A stretch of 64,000 nt of DNA from an uncultured Flavimarina sp. (GTDB lineage Bacteria > Bacteroidota > Bacteroidia > Flavobacteriales > Flavobacteriaceae): contig CAYNMH010000003.1 of assembly GCA_964398145.1 (NCBI GenBank), positions 4,156 to 68,155 of the forward strand, read 5' to 3'. Numbering within the stretch: position 1 is the first letter of the stretch; every line of letters begins with the position of its first letter. Of this stretch, positions 19,130-28,701 are shown in pieces. The notes under the pieces are model-generated. The model saw only the letters and a list, made by a program, of their open reading frames with translations. It was not told where the DNA came from and searched no databases. Both the position numbers and the translations under genes were made by a program.

Positions 19130-19330
19130 ATGGCAGTTTTAAAAGTTATAGAAGTATTAGCAAGTTCAAACAAAAGTTGGGAACAGGCTACAGCAAATGC
19201 GGTTAAAGAAGCTTCAAAAACCGTTAAAAACATACGCTCTGTATATGTAAAAGAGCAAAGCGCTTTGGTTACCGGCGATACGGTTTCTGAGTTTAGAGTG
19301 AATGTAAAGATCACCTTTGAAGTAAAATAA
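19130..19330 (+). CDS. Dodecin-family protein
   Basis: 66 aa. KVIEVLASSNKSWEQA..AVKEASKTVKNI..V.V.E....V.....EFRVNVKITFEV matches the dodecin fold pattern. Followed by a strong terminator. Confidence 0.7.
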   Translation: MAVLKVIEVLASSNKSWEQATANAVKEASKTVKNIRSVYVKEQSALVTGDTVSEFRVNVKITFEVK

Positions 19331-19354
19331 ACTTCACTTTAAAAAACTAGAAAA

Positions 19355-19385
19355 AGCCTGCACCTCACTCGTGCAGGCTTTTTTA
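19355..19385 (+). terminator. Rho-independent terminator after the dodecin gene
   Basis: 9-bp stem agcctgcac / gtgcaggct with a 7-nt loop, then a T-run. Confidence 0.85.
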
Positions 19386-19521
19386 ATAATCCATCATCTA
19401 TGATTTTCAGTTATAGAGATTTGCACAATTAATACAACCGGCATTAGAATTAACGTAATTTAAACAGAACAATTTTTTATTTCTGAAGCTTATCCAAGAC
19501 CTTTACAAAAAAGAAGAATTT

Positions 19522-20379
19522 ATGCAATTTGATATCAACGAGATTGAAAGCTATGTCAATAAATTTGGCGAAAAAATTATAGATTTCTTACCCAGCCTTT
19601 TAGGTGCTATTTTGCTGCTTATTGTCGGTTTATGGGTTATCAAAATCATCAACCGACTGGTTAAAAAATTCTTCGACAAAAAAGATTACGATCTTACTCT
19701 AGAAAAATTTATTCAGGATCTTATAAATTGGACCTTGAAAATACTTCTGGGTGTTGTTGTAATCACCCAACTGGGCGTAGAGTCTTCATCCTTGATTGCG
19801 GTTATTGGTGCTGCCGGTTTAGCCATAGGTCTTGCATTACAGGGATCGTTATCCAATTTTGCCGGAGGAGTACTCATTTTACTTCTAAGGCCCTTTAAAG
19901 TTGGCGACTGGATTTCTGCGCAGGGCGTTGATGGTTCGGTTAAAGAAATTTCGATTTTTAACACGCGCCTCATAACCTTTGGTAATCAGGAAGCTATTAT
20001 CCCAAACGGGAAACTTTCAAATGACAACATCATTAATTACACCTCTCAGGGAATACGTCGTAACGCACAAACCTGGGGAATTTCTTACGATAGCGATATT
20101 AAACTTGCTAAAGAGATTCTCTTGAATCTGGTCAATGAGCAGGAAACCGTTCTTCACGATCCCCATCCTGAGCCGATGATTGTAGTGACTGAACTGGCTG
20201 ACAGTTCTGTGAATTTATCGCTGCGTTTCTGGGCCACTAATGATGATTACTGGGCATTACACTGGTACATCCTTGAAGAAGGTAAACGCAGACTTGAGGA
20301 ACAGGGTATCGTAATTCCATTCCCGCAGCGCGATGTACACGTTTTTAATGAAAGTGGAGCTACTTTTACAGGAAAATAA
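19522..20379 (+). CDS. MscS-family mechanosensitive ion channel
   Basis: Three N-terminal TM helices, the pore-helix Gly/Ala pattern (AAGLAIGLALQGSLSNFAGG), then the beta-domain (FKVGDWI..G..GSVKEI). Confidence 0.88.
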   Translation: MQFDINEIESYVNKFGEKIIDFLPSLLGAILLLIVGLWVIKIINRLVKKFFDKKDYDLTLEKFIQDLINWTLKILLGVVVITQLGVESSSLIAVIGAAGLAIGLALQGSLSNFAGGVLILLLRPFKVGDWISAQGVDGSVKEISIFNTRLITFGNQEAIIPNGKLSNDNIINYTSQGIRRNAQTWGISYDSDIKLAKEILLNLVNEQETVLHDPHPEPMIVVTELADSSVNLSLRFWATNDDYWALHWYILEEGKRRLEEQGIVIPFPQRDVHVFNESGATFTGK

Positions 20380-20420
20380 ACCATTGAGGTACTTTTAACC
20401 CATTGGCAGAGCCAATAAAT

Positions 20421-21098
20421 TTACTTTTTTGAAGTGATGTGAAAATCCTTCAGATAAAAAGGTTCGAAATAAGCGACATCCTCCGTGTCGCTTATTTTGT
20501 ATTTAGCATTTGCCAGAATAACCATCTCTCTGGCAGATGGAAGTGCTGTGTCGTTAAAATGAGCGTGAGGATGCGTAAGAATCTCCTTCAGCTTGCTAGC
20601 TCCGTTTCCTATAAATAACACCTTCCCGGCATTGAGATAATCTTTAAAAGAGCTCTCCTCAACAATCTGTGCCTGAATCTCCCTTACCTGCTTTCCGTAC
20701 TGTGCAAAAACTGCACTGTAAACTTCCATTCGGCGGGCATCCAGAACCGGAATTACAAAATCATAAGTTTCATTCTCGCGATTAACCTGCATGGCCAGCG
20801 CTTCAAGCGTTTGAGTAGCGATGAGAGGTACATCCAGCGCAAAGCAAATTCCTTTAGCAGCACTCACACCTATGCGCAAGCCCGTGTAGGAACCCGGACC
20901 TTTGCTTACTGCAACAGCATCAATCGCTTCTTTGGCAATTCCGGCTTGTTTTAAAACATCGGCGATATAAAGATGCAAGCGTTCTGCGTGTGAATAATTA
21001 AGCCCCATATCTTCTTTAACAGCCAAAATACGTTGGCCGTCAGCAAGAGCTACGGAGCAATTAGTAGTGGTGGTTTCCAGGCAAAGGATAATAGGCAT
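20421..21098 (-). CDS. tsaB: tRNA t6A37 threonylcarbamoyl transfer protein TsaB
   Basis: YeaZ/TsaB pattern: ILCLETTTTNCSVAL and GPGSYTGLRIG. 225 aa. Confidence 0.88.
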   Translation of the reverse strand: MPIILCLETTTTNCSVALADGQRILAVKEDMGLNYSHAERLHLYIADVLKQAGIAKEAIDAVAVSKGPGSYTGLRIGVSAAKGICFALDVPLIATQTLEALAMQVNRENETYDFVIPVLDARRMEVYSAVFAQYGKQVREIQAQIVEESSFKDYLNAGKVLFIGNGASKLKEILTHPHAHFNDTALPSAREMVILANAKYKISDTEDVAYFEPFYLKDFHITSKK

Positions 21099-21100
21099 AG

Positions 21101-22363
21101 TTAGTCTTCTTCTGAAGGACCAAAATTAGCATCTTTTTTCACCTCTACCAGATCTCCGTCCTTTAGTAATTTAGTAACCGTATTGTATGGTCCTACAATA
21201 ACCGTTTCCCCGGTCTCAAGACCAGAAGTAACCACGATTTCAGAATCGTCCTGAATGCCCGTTTTTATACGTTTAAGCACGGCTTTATCTCCATCCTTGA
21301 CAAATACGGCTTCATATTGGTTATCTCCAAAAGCTGCGGTTTCTGTAGTATCATTTTTAACAACAACCGCACTTATGGGCACAGAGATAGCATTAGAAAC
21401 ACTCTTCGTGATGATGTCAACGGTAGCCGTCATACCGGGACGAAAAGGAGAATAACGTTCAGGCTTTCCCTCTAGCAAATCGGCATAAGATTCTTCCAGA
21501 ATGCGCACTTTAACCTTGAAGTTAGTAACCTGATCTGCAGTAAGATTGCTTTCGGCAGAGTTAGCGATCTCAGTCACTTCTCCCTTAAATATTTTTTTCA
21601 GATAAGCATCAACCTCCACACGGGTAGAATCACCAATATTGATCTTTACAATATCATTCTCATTCACATCTACCTCAACTTCCATATTTTTTAAATCGGC
21701 CACCCGCATAATTTCGGTACCTGCCATTTGCTGAGTTCCTACCACCCGTTCGCCCAATTCCACATCAAGTCTGGAAATAGTGCCGCTAATGGGTGCATAA
21801 ATAGTGGTACGCGATAAATTATCTCGGGACTGATTTACATTAGCAGCCGCGCTTTGTACACTGTAATAAGCCGATTTTACATTAGCCTGTGCCACTTCAT
21901 AATCAGAAACCGACTGATCCCAGGCCGATTTAGAAATCACCCCTTTTTCAAAAAGGCTTTTATTACGCTCGTAGTTTGCCTTTGCATTTTTAAGAGTTGC
22001 TTCTGCCTGAGTGAGGTTTGCCTGAATATTCTGAAGGGATGCCTGAGCCTGTGTTAATGCAGATTGAATCAAATCTGGATTAATACGTACCAAAAGATCT
22101 CCTTTTTCTACCTGCTGACCTTCTACAACAGGCAGTTCAATGATTTCACCGGAAACTTCAGAAGAAATCTTCACTTCTACTTCCGGCTGAATCTTACCGG
22201 TTGCTGCAACGGTTTCTATGATATTGGCAAGTGCAATTTCCTTGACTTCTACCGGCTTAAAGTTGCCACTTTTACCGAAAAGTCCTGCTTTTTTAGCCCC
22301 TATAAGGCCTAAAATAAGCACTACAACCACTCCAAGAATAATAAGTAAAGTCTTTTTTTTCAT
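21101..22363 (-). CDS. Periplasmic adaptor (HlyD/MFP family), copy 2
   Basis: 420 aa. N-terminal TM anchor, lipoyl half-motifs, coiled-coil hairpin and beta-barrel region. Acidic C-terminus. Confidence 0.85.
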   Translation of the reverse strand: MKKKTLLIILGVVVVLILGLIGAKKAGLFGKSGNFKPVEVKEIALANIIETVAATGKIQPEVEVKISSEVSGEIIELPVVEGQQVEKGDLLVRINPDLIQSALTQAQASLQNIQANLTQAEATLKNAKANYERNKSLFEKGVISKSAWDQSVSDYEVAQANVKSAYYSVQSAAANVNQSRDNLSRTTIYAPISGTISRLDVELGERVVGTQQMAGTEIMRVADLKNMEVEVDVNENDIVKINIGDSTRVEVDAYLKKIFKGEVTEIANSAESNLTADQVTNFKVKVRILEESYADLLEGKPERYSPFRPGMTATVDIITKSVSNAISVPISAVVVKNDTTETAAFGDNQYEAVFVKDGDKAVLKRIKTGIQDDSEIVVTSGLETGETVIVGPYNTVTKLLKDGDLVEVKKDANFGPSEED

Positions 22364-22396
22364 CGCTTAATAAGTAAAAATCACTGGTGCTGCGGT

Positions 22397-23839
22397 TTAA
22401 AATTTAAGTTGGTCTACAGGTACACCAAAATAAAGTTCTAAGACCTTCAGCTTGAATATATAATCGTATTTAGCCCGGTTTAAATCGATCTGGGCATTAT
22501 CATAACGTTGTTTAGATTGACTGAAATCAAATGCGTTGGTCAGGCCCACATCGTAACGATCCTTAGCATACGAATACGCTAACTCCTGAGACTCTACAGC
22601 CAACTCTGCCGCCTGGTAAGTCTTAAGAGCCCCCTGGGCATCCAGATACGCCTGATAAACATTAGATTCCAGATCAAGTTGCGCCTGTTCCAGGTTTATT
22701 GCGGCACGTTCTGCTGCGATTTTGTTACGTTTCACGTTATTGCGTGCCTGAAAACCATTTAAGAAAGGGATATTTAATTGAAGGCCATAACCTATACCGT
22801 CGTTTTGGTACAATTGATTAATAAAGGGATCAGGTCTCACCAAATTACTTATAAAATTTGGACTTTCGCCTATAACCCGTTGTCCAGTATCCTCTACTAC
22901 TCCAATCTGTTCTAGACTAGTCGGGTTGTCCGGATCTAAATTTTGGGTGAATGAAGTTGCATCCGTATAACGAGTATCGTAACCAAAGAATGCCGAAATA
23001 GTCGGATACAAAGCACCCTTTGCGATTTGCACATCTTTTTGTGCCAAATCTAGGTTGTTTTCCGCTATTTTGATTTCGTAACGTTCCTCTTTAGCAGACT
23101 CCGTTATTTTCTGAGGGCTGAGAGCCAAAATTTCTTCCCCATAAATCGTGAAATCTCCTTCGGCAATATCAAAATTTTTATAATCGCGAATCAATAAAGT
23201 TTGTGCTAAACTTATTAGAGAGATTTGAACCGAATTTTCTGCGGCAGTGATGTTTTGCAATTCAGTGGCATTCTGCGCCTGAACTTCCAGTAAATCTCCG
23301 CGTGGAGACACCCCACCGTCAACCAATTCCTGAGTTTGTTCTATTTGACGCTGAGTCACTTCATTCTGAGAACGCAACACTTTTAGGTTTTCTTTGTTTA
23401 GAATAACCTGTAGGTAATTATTTGCAACCATCAGTGCGATATCGTCTTCCAGCTTTTCCAGATTATACTGTGCCGCAAGAGCAGAAAGCTTAGCCCGTTG
23501 AACCTGTCTAAAGTTTCTAAGACCATCAAAAAGAGTATAGCCCACATTAAGCCTTCCGGTCACAGACAAAAAGGTAGTCGTTTGTGCATTATTGGTTACC
23601 GGGTTAAAACTCAAACCGGTATTTTCTGAGACACTGGCATTTCCGTTTAAAGATGGCAAAAAATTACCGGTGGCGTCAGATTTATCAATAAGGGCAGCTT
23701 CACGATCAAGCTCTGCCTGGCGAATCTGTATATTTTCGTCCAAAGCCCGTTGTATGCATTCTTGCAACGTCCATTTTTGCTGGGCAAAACCTGTAAAGCC
23801 AGCAAAAATCAAAAAAGTAAGAAGTACTAAATGTTTCAT
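22397..23839 (-). CDS. TolC-family outer-membrane efflux protein
   Basis: 480 aa. Signal peptide and the two-repeat OEP architecture (..LQECIQRALDENIQI.. at the N-terminus). Confidence 0.88.
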   Translation of the reverse strand: MKHLVLLTFLIFAGFTGFAQQKWTLQECIQRALDENIQIRQAELDREAALIDKSDATGNFLPSLNGNASVSENTGLSFNPVTNNAQTTTFLSVTGRLNVGYTLFDGLRNFRQVQRAKLSALAAQYNLEKLEDDIALMVANNYLQVILNKENLKVLRSQNEVTQRQIEQTQELVDGGVSPRGDLLEVQAQNATELQNITAAENSVQISLISLAQTLLIRDYKNFDIAEGDFTIYGEEILALSPQKITESAKEERYEIKIAENNLDLAQKDVQIAKGALYPTISAFFGYDTRYTDATSFTQNLDPDNPTSLEQIGVVEDTGQRVIGESPNFISNLVRPDPFINQLYQNDGIGYGLQLNIPFLNGFQARNNVKRNKIAAERAAINLEQAQLDLESNVYQAYLDAQGALKTYQAAELAVESQELAYSYAKDRYDVGLTNAFDFSQSKQRYDNAQIDLNRAKYDYIFKLKVLELYFGVPVDQLKF

Positions 23840-23903
23840 AATCGAAATTCTGTTTGATATGTAGTCGTTTTATCAGAAATGTTACAGCTGATTTTAATTT
23901 GGC

Positions 23904-25055
23904 TTAAAAGGATTGAACAGGAACGGTGGCATTCCAAACTTTAATCTGATCATCGGGCTGCACTCCTTCGAGTATTTCTACATAAATCCCATCGCTCACA
24001 CCCAGCTTTACATCCCGGCGTTCAAACTCCTGATCGCCTACTGCAACTTCTACAAAAGGTTGTTGTGTTTTAGAATCATACTGAATCAAAGCTTCCTTGA
24101 CGGCTAAAACATCTTCTGCTTTCTCTAAAATAATGGATGCATTAGCACTTAACCCGGCCCGTATAAATGTGGAATCTTTCTTAGACAATGTACCTTTAAT
24201 TTCAAATTGTACCGCGCCATTTTCGGCTATGCCTTTTGGCGCAATATATCCCAGAGTAGCATCAAATTTTTTATTTTCAATCGCTCCGATAGTAATTTCT
24301 AGCGGCAAGCCTTCACTAATTTTACCCACTTCACTCTCGTCAACTTTTCCCTCAAAAATCATATCGCTTACGTTAGCTAAAGAAGCGATGGTGGTGCCCT
24401 CATTAAAATTGTTTGCCTCAATAACCTGATTCCCTTCTTTAACCGGAACTTCGAGCACCATCCCAGTTATGGTAGCTCGTACCGAGGTTGTAGCATTACT
24501 CCCCAGGCCGGTGGTGGTACCGGTTTTTACGATATCGTAATTTTGACGGGCATTGGACAAATTGACCTGTTGCTGTTTAAAATTTTGAACAGCCTGGTTA
24601 TATTCGCGCTGACTGTTGTCGAAATCATTGGCACTCACCACTCCTTTTTCAAAAAGGGCTTTTTGCCGGTTGTAAATACTTTCCTGGTTTTCTAAAGTAA
24701 GTTCTGCAGTTTCCAGATTATTTTGAGCACTTTGGATGGAATTGCGTGAGCTCACCAAAGAAGAGGCGTTTGGCACCACCTCAATCTGAGCTATTAAATC
24801 TCCGGCATTTACAGACTCTCCGGCTTCAACCAGAATATCTTTTATAATACCGGAAATATTAGGCTTGATTAAAATTTCTTCATTGGGAACGATACTCCCT
24901 GTGGCCACGGTCTTTTTAATGATGGTTTGGCGTGAAGGTTTTTCGGTTGTATAAATCACAGGATCTTCCTGATTTTTTTGGTAGAAATAATAAAGTGATC
25001 CTGCGAAAACAAGGCCTATAATAACCAGAATCGTGATAGTAACAGATTTTTTCAT
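23904..25055 (-). CDS. Periplasmic adaptor (HlyD/MFP family), copy 1
   Basis: 383 aa. TM anchor, lipoyl/coiled-coil/beta-barrel pattern. Paralogous to 21101-22363. Confidence 0.85.
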   Translation of the reverse strand: MKKSVTITILVIIGLVFAGSLYYFYQKNQEDPVIYTTEKPSRQTIIKKTVATGSIVPNEEILIKPNISGIIKDILVEAGESVNAGDLIAQIEVVPNASSLVSSRNSIQSAQNNLETAELTLENQESIYNRQKALFEKGVVSANDFDNSQREYNQAVQNFKQQQVNLSNARQNYDIVKTGTTTGLGSNATTSVRATITGMVLEVPVKEGNQVIEANNFNEGTTIASLANVSDMIFEGKVDESEVGKISEGLPLEITIGAIENKKFDATLGYIAPKGIAENGAVQFEIKGTLSKKDSTFIRAGLSANASIILEKAEDVLAVKEALIQYDSKTQQPFVEVAVGDQEFERRDVKLGVSDGIYVEILEGVQPDDQIKVWNATVPVQSF

Positions 25056-25081
25056 AAAGTAGATTCGTTTTTATTGATGTT

Positions 25082-26341
25082 TTATTCGTCGCGCAAAGCG
25101 TCTATAGGTTTGACTTTGATAGCATTTTGAGCCGGGATAAAACCGGCCAGTAATCCGGAAGTAATCAAAATTGCCAGAGCAACCAGCACAGTTGACAATT
25201 CTACACTGGGGTTTGCAAACATTTCCACAGGACCGTTGGCCTCAAGCAGTTTATTAAGCGCAAAGATGACCAGAGCTCCTAAGGAAATCCCGGCCATTCC
25301 AGAGATTAAGGTTAGAAATACAGATTCGGTTAAAATCTGACTGCGAATAGACCATGGACTTGCCCCCAAAGCCCGGCGGATCCCGATTTCTTTAGTGCGT
25401 TCTTTAACTACAATGAGCATAATATTACTAATGCCGATGATGCCCGATAGTAAAATGAGAATTCCTACAAAATAAGCTACTACTTTAAGAGCGATGAAAA
25501 GTCCGTCAACCTTTTGATACTGCTCATATAAGTCAAAGTTGCCAATAGCCCGATCATCTTCAGGGTGAATGCTGTGCCGGTTTTTGATTAGGTCAAATAC
25601 TTTGGTTTTCAATTTGGTAATAGAATAGCCATCTTTTGCAGTTATTGCCATCCATCCTACCCTATTCCCCATATTGAATGCCTGTGAAAATGCGGTGAAG
25701 GGAACATAAATCTGCTTCTGTTCTTCTTCGGCATCGCCATTACTGGCAACCATAGCATAAGTGCCCACAACCATAAAATTGACTCCGTTTATCTTCACAT
25801 AGGTACCTATTACTTCTTCGCCTTTTTCATAAAGGGCGCTGCGCACTCCCTCTCCTATGATGGCTACCTTTCGCTTTGCTTCAATATCACCATAGTTGAT
25901 AAAGCGGCCTGAAGTAATGTTCATAGGTTGCTGCTCTATATATTCGGGATAATCACCGTAAACATTAAACGCTCCGGTATTGATACCCCGAACCACATTA
26001 TTGGCTCCACCAAATCCGCCCAACTGGTTACGCGGCGAAACGAAACGCAGTTCAGGGATATTTTCTTTTATAGCAGCAACATCATCCAGATCGTAGGTAA
26101 ATCTTCGGCCTTTAGGCAGGCCTTTGTAGGGTTTTGAGATAGATTGTGTCCACATAAACATACTGTTTGTAGCAATGTTGCCAAAATCCTTTTTGACCCC
26201 ATTCTCCAGACCTCTACCGGCCGCAAGTAAAATGACCAGAATGAAAATTCCCCAGAGCACTCCAAATGCAGTAAGTGCAGTTCTAAACCAATTTCGGCTT
26301 AGCGCTTCAATGATCTCATCCCAATTGTCTTTGCTAAACAT
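25082..26341 (-). CDS. ABC transporter permease, MacB/FtsX type
   Basis: 419 aa. TM1, a large periplasmic domain, then the FtsX 3-TM module with VKERTKEIGIRRALGA. Confidence 0.88.
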   Translation of the reverse strand: MFSKDNWDEIIEALSRNWFRTALTAFGVLWGIFILVILLAAGRGLENGVKKDFGNIATNSMFMWTQSISKPYKGLPKGRRFTYDLDDVAAIKENIPELRFVSPRNQLGGFGGANNVVRGINTGAFNVYGDYPEYIEQQPMNITSGRFINYGDIEAKRKVAIIGEGVRSALYEKGEEVIGTYVKINGVNFMVVGTYAMVASNGDAEEEQKQIYVPFTAFSQAFNMGNRVGWMAITAKDGYSITKLKTKVFDLIKNRHSIHPEDDRAIGNFDLYEQYQKVDGLFIALKVVAYFVGILILLSGIIGISNIMLIVVKERTKEIGIRRALGASPWSIRSQILTESVFLTLISGMAGISLGALVIFALNKLLEANGPVEMFANPSVELSTVLVALAILITSGLLAGFIPAQNAIKVKPIDALRDE

Positions 26342-26384
26342 TACTGATTATGGATATTAAAATTTGTGCTTTTCATATTGGGGG

Positions 26385-27629
26385 CTATTCTTCGCGCAGG
26401 GCTGCGATAGGTTTAATTCGGGCTGCGCGCCAGGCCGGCACAAAACCTGCCAGCGCACCGGCGAGTACCAATATGCCCACGGTAGAAATGGCAACATTAA
26501 AATTAACAGTCGGGTTTCGTATATAATCCATCTGAAGATTCGGACCTATAACTTCAAGAAGCATCATACTAAAAAGTAGGCCCGTAAATCCTGCAATAGC
26601 GGTAACAAATATAGATTCATGCAGAATCATACTGATGATAGACCATGGCTCGGCGCCGAGAGCTTTTCGTATTCCTATTTCTTTGGTTCGTTCTTTTACA
26701 ATGATGAGCATAATATTACTCACCCCTACCACACCGGCGACGATGGTAAAAATTCCTACCCCCCAGAAAAAAGCTTTTATCATAAAAATGAGGTCGTAAA
26801 AGCGCTTTGCATCTTCCAGGGTATTGTTGATATTAATCGCGCTGGTATCGTCTGGCGATACCAGATGTCGCTCTTTGAGAAAAGCTTCTATTTCTTCTGA
26901 AAATTGAACAGACTGGGCAAGTGTAGCCTCAAAATTGGCTTTTGGCTTTAACGTAAAACCCAAATTACGCACTTTATCTGCCCCTCCAAAGACCCGCTGC
27001 GATGTGGAAATAGGGACAAAAACACGCGTTTCTTCGCGTTCTCCTCCGGGGTCACTATATACGCCTACAACATAAAAGTTGATGCCGTTTACCTGAATCA
27101 ATTTTCCAAGCGCATCTTCGTTTCCAAATAAGTCCTGTTTAACTTTATTACCAATTACAACTACTTTGGTTTTTTCTTCCTGATCTGAATAATTGATGTA
27201 ACGCCCAGCTACTAAACTTTCATTCTCCAAAAACTGATAGTCGGGATATACTCCCTCAACACGATAACTGCCAGTTTCTTTGCCATAGGTAAGATTACCG
27301 CTCCAAATACGGTATACGGCCGATTTAAATTCCAAATCGTCCTCATACTTTTCTATGAGATAATTGTAATCCTCATTGGTCATTTCAACCATCCTGCCGG
27401 GATTAAGACCTTTATAACCTACTGAAGTAACTCCGCTCCATACCGAAATCCGATTGGTCGCATCGCGCTCAAATTCATTAGCAATACCATTTTGCATACC
27501 CTGCCCCAAAGCCAGCAAAACCACCAGGATAAAAATACCCGAGGCAACCGATAGACCGGTGAGAAACGTGCGGAGTTTATTCTTCCGTATGGTTTCAAAA
27601 ATTTCCTGCCAGCGTTCCAGACTAAACAT
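26385..27629 (-). CDS. ABC transporter permease, MacB/FtsX type (paralogue)
   Basis: 414 aa. Same architecture, with VKERTKEIGIRKALGA. Overlaps the ATPase gene by 8 nt. Confidence 0.88.
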   Translation of the reverse strand: MFSLERWQEIFETIRKNKLRTFLTGLSVASGIFILVVLLALGQGMQNGIANEFERDATNRISVWSGVTSVGYKGLNPGRMVEMTNEDYNYLIEKYEDDLEFKSAVYRIWSGNLTYGKETGSYRVEGVYPDYQFLENESLVAGRYINYSDQEEKTKVVVIGNKVKQDLFGNEDALGKLIQVNGINFYVVGVYSDPGGEREETRVFVPISTSQRVFGGADKVRNLGFTLKPKANFEATLAQSVQFSEEIEAFLKERHLVSPDDTSAININNTLEDAKRFYDLIFMIKAFFWGVGIFTIVAGVVGVSNIMLIIVKERTKEIGIRKALGAEPWSIISMILHESIFVTAIAGFTGLLFSMMLLEVIGPNLQMDYIRNPTVNFNVAISTVGILVLAGALAGFVPAWRAARIKPIAALREE

Positions 27630-28323
27630 GGGCTGATGCTCTTACCTGATTAATCTTGGTATCATCTATTATCAAACCATCTTTCAGGTTAACGATACGC
27701 TTGGTCATGTGAGCTATATCGTCTTCATGGGTTACAACGAGAATGGTTTTTCCCTCATCATTAATCCCCTGTATAAGCTCCATAACTTCGTAACTGGTTT
27801 TGGTATCTAAAGCTCCTGTAGGTTCATCGGCCAGAAGTACCTTTGGATCTGATGCCAGCGCCCTTGCGATGGCCACGCGCTGTTTCTGCCCGCCGGAAAG
27901 CTCATTGGGCATATGATGTGCCCAGTTTGCCAAGCCCACCTTTTCCAGATAGGCCATGGCTTTATCGATCCGTTCAGAACGCTTCATACCTTGATAATAT
28001 AGGGGCATCCCTACATTATCTAAAGCACTTTTATAATTGATGAGATTGAAAGATTGAAAGATGAAACCCAAAAATTTATTGCGGTATCGGGCTGCAATTT
28101 TTTCATTAAGGTTTTTTATGGGAGTACCATCCAGGGTATAGCTACCTTGATCGGCCTCATCAAGCATACCCAAAATATTAAGCAAAGTAGATTTTCCCGA
28201 GCCTGAAGATCCCATTATGCTTACCAGCTCTCCTTCTTCAACACTAAAGTTAATTCCCTTAAGTACGTGAAGGGAATTAGTCCCCATAGTATAGGACTTG
28301 TGCAGATCTTTAATTGTAATCAT
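27622..28323 (-). CDS. ABC transporter ATP-binding protein (MacB/LolD-type)
   Basis: Walker A GSSGSGKST, signature LSGGQKQR, Walker B LLADEPTGALD. 233 aa. Confidence 0.93.
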   Translation of the reverse strand: MITIKDLHKSYTMGTNSLHVLKGINFSVEEGELVSIMGSSGSGKSTLLNILGMLDEADQGSYTLDGTPIKNLNEKIAARYRNKFLGFIFQSFNLINYKSALDNVGMPLYYQGMKRSERIDKAMAYLEKVGLANWAHHMPNELSGGQKQRVAIARALASDPKVLLADEPTGALDTKTSYEVMELIQGINDEGKTILVVTHEDDIAHMTKRIVNLKDGLIIDDTKINQVRASAHV

Positions 28324-28361
28324 AATGATGGTTTAGCAGGGAAAGTTTCAGATTTAGGGTC

Positions 28362-28369
28362 CAAAACTA
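28362..28369 (-). promoter_or_regulatory. Candidate -7 box (TAGTTTTG) for the efflux operon
   Basis: Exact TAnnTTTG match on the minus strand, 39 nt upstream of the ATPase ATG. Only TTTA-type -33 candidates at non-ideal spacing. Confidence 0.35.
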
Positions 28370-28478
28370 CAGAATAGACTTCACTAAACCGTAAATGTTA
28401 CATTTAAAGAAGCTTTTTATAACATTTAGAAGCTTTCCAAACTAGGACAGAAAGCATAAATAAACTCTGAAAAGAGAG

Positions 28479-28691
28479 TTATGACGCTTTTCGCCTACTC
28501 CTGTAAATAAACCAGATTAATCCACCCATAAGCAGGTAAGGAATTGCAGCAAGGTATATAATCCCGTTATTAACACCTTCTGCCATACTATTATCGGTTT
28601 CACTTTCTAAAACCGCACGACACATAGCGCACTGCGCCTGCATCGCAAATCCTATAAGAAAGAAAACTATACTGAGCAAAAAACGTTTCAT
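28479..28691 (-). CDS. Small tail-anchored protein with a signal peptide and CxxC motif (unknown function)
   Basis: ATG at 28691 gives MKRFLLSIVFFLIGFAMQAQ|CAMCRAV.., then a C-terminal TM helix and a basic tail (YRSRRKAS). Lies 10 nt downstream of the DUF420 gene. The ORF-track start at 28700 is a TTG. Confidence 0.5.
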   Translation of the reverse strand: MKRFLLSIVFFLIGFAMQAQCAMCRAVLESETDNSMAEGVNNGIIYLAAIPYLLMGGLIWFIYRSRRKAS

Positions 28692-28701
28692 AACAAGCAA
28701 T

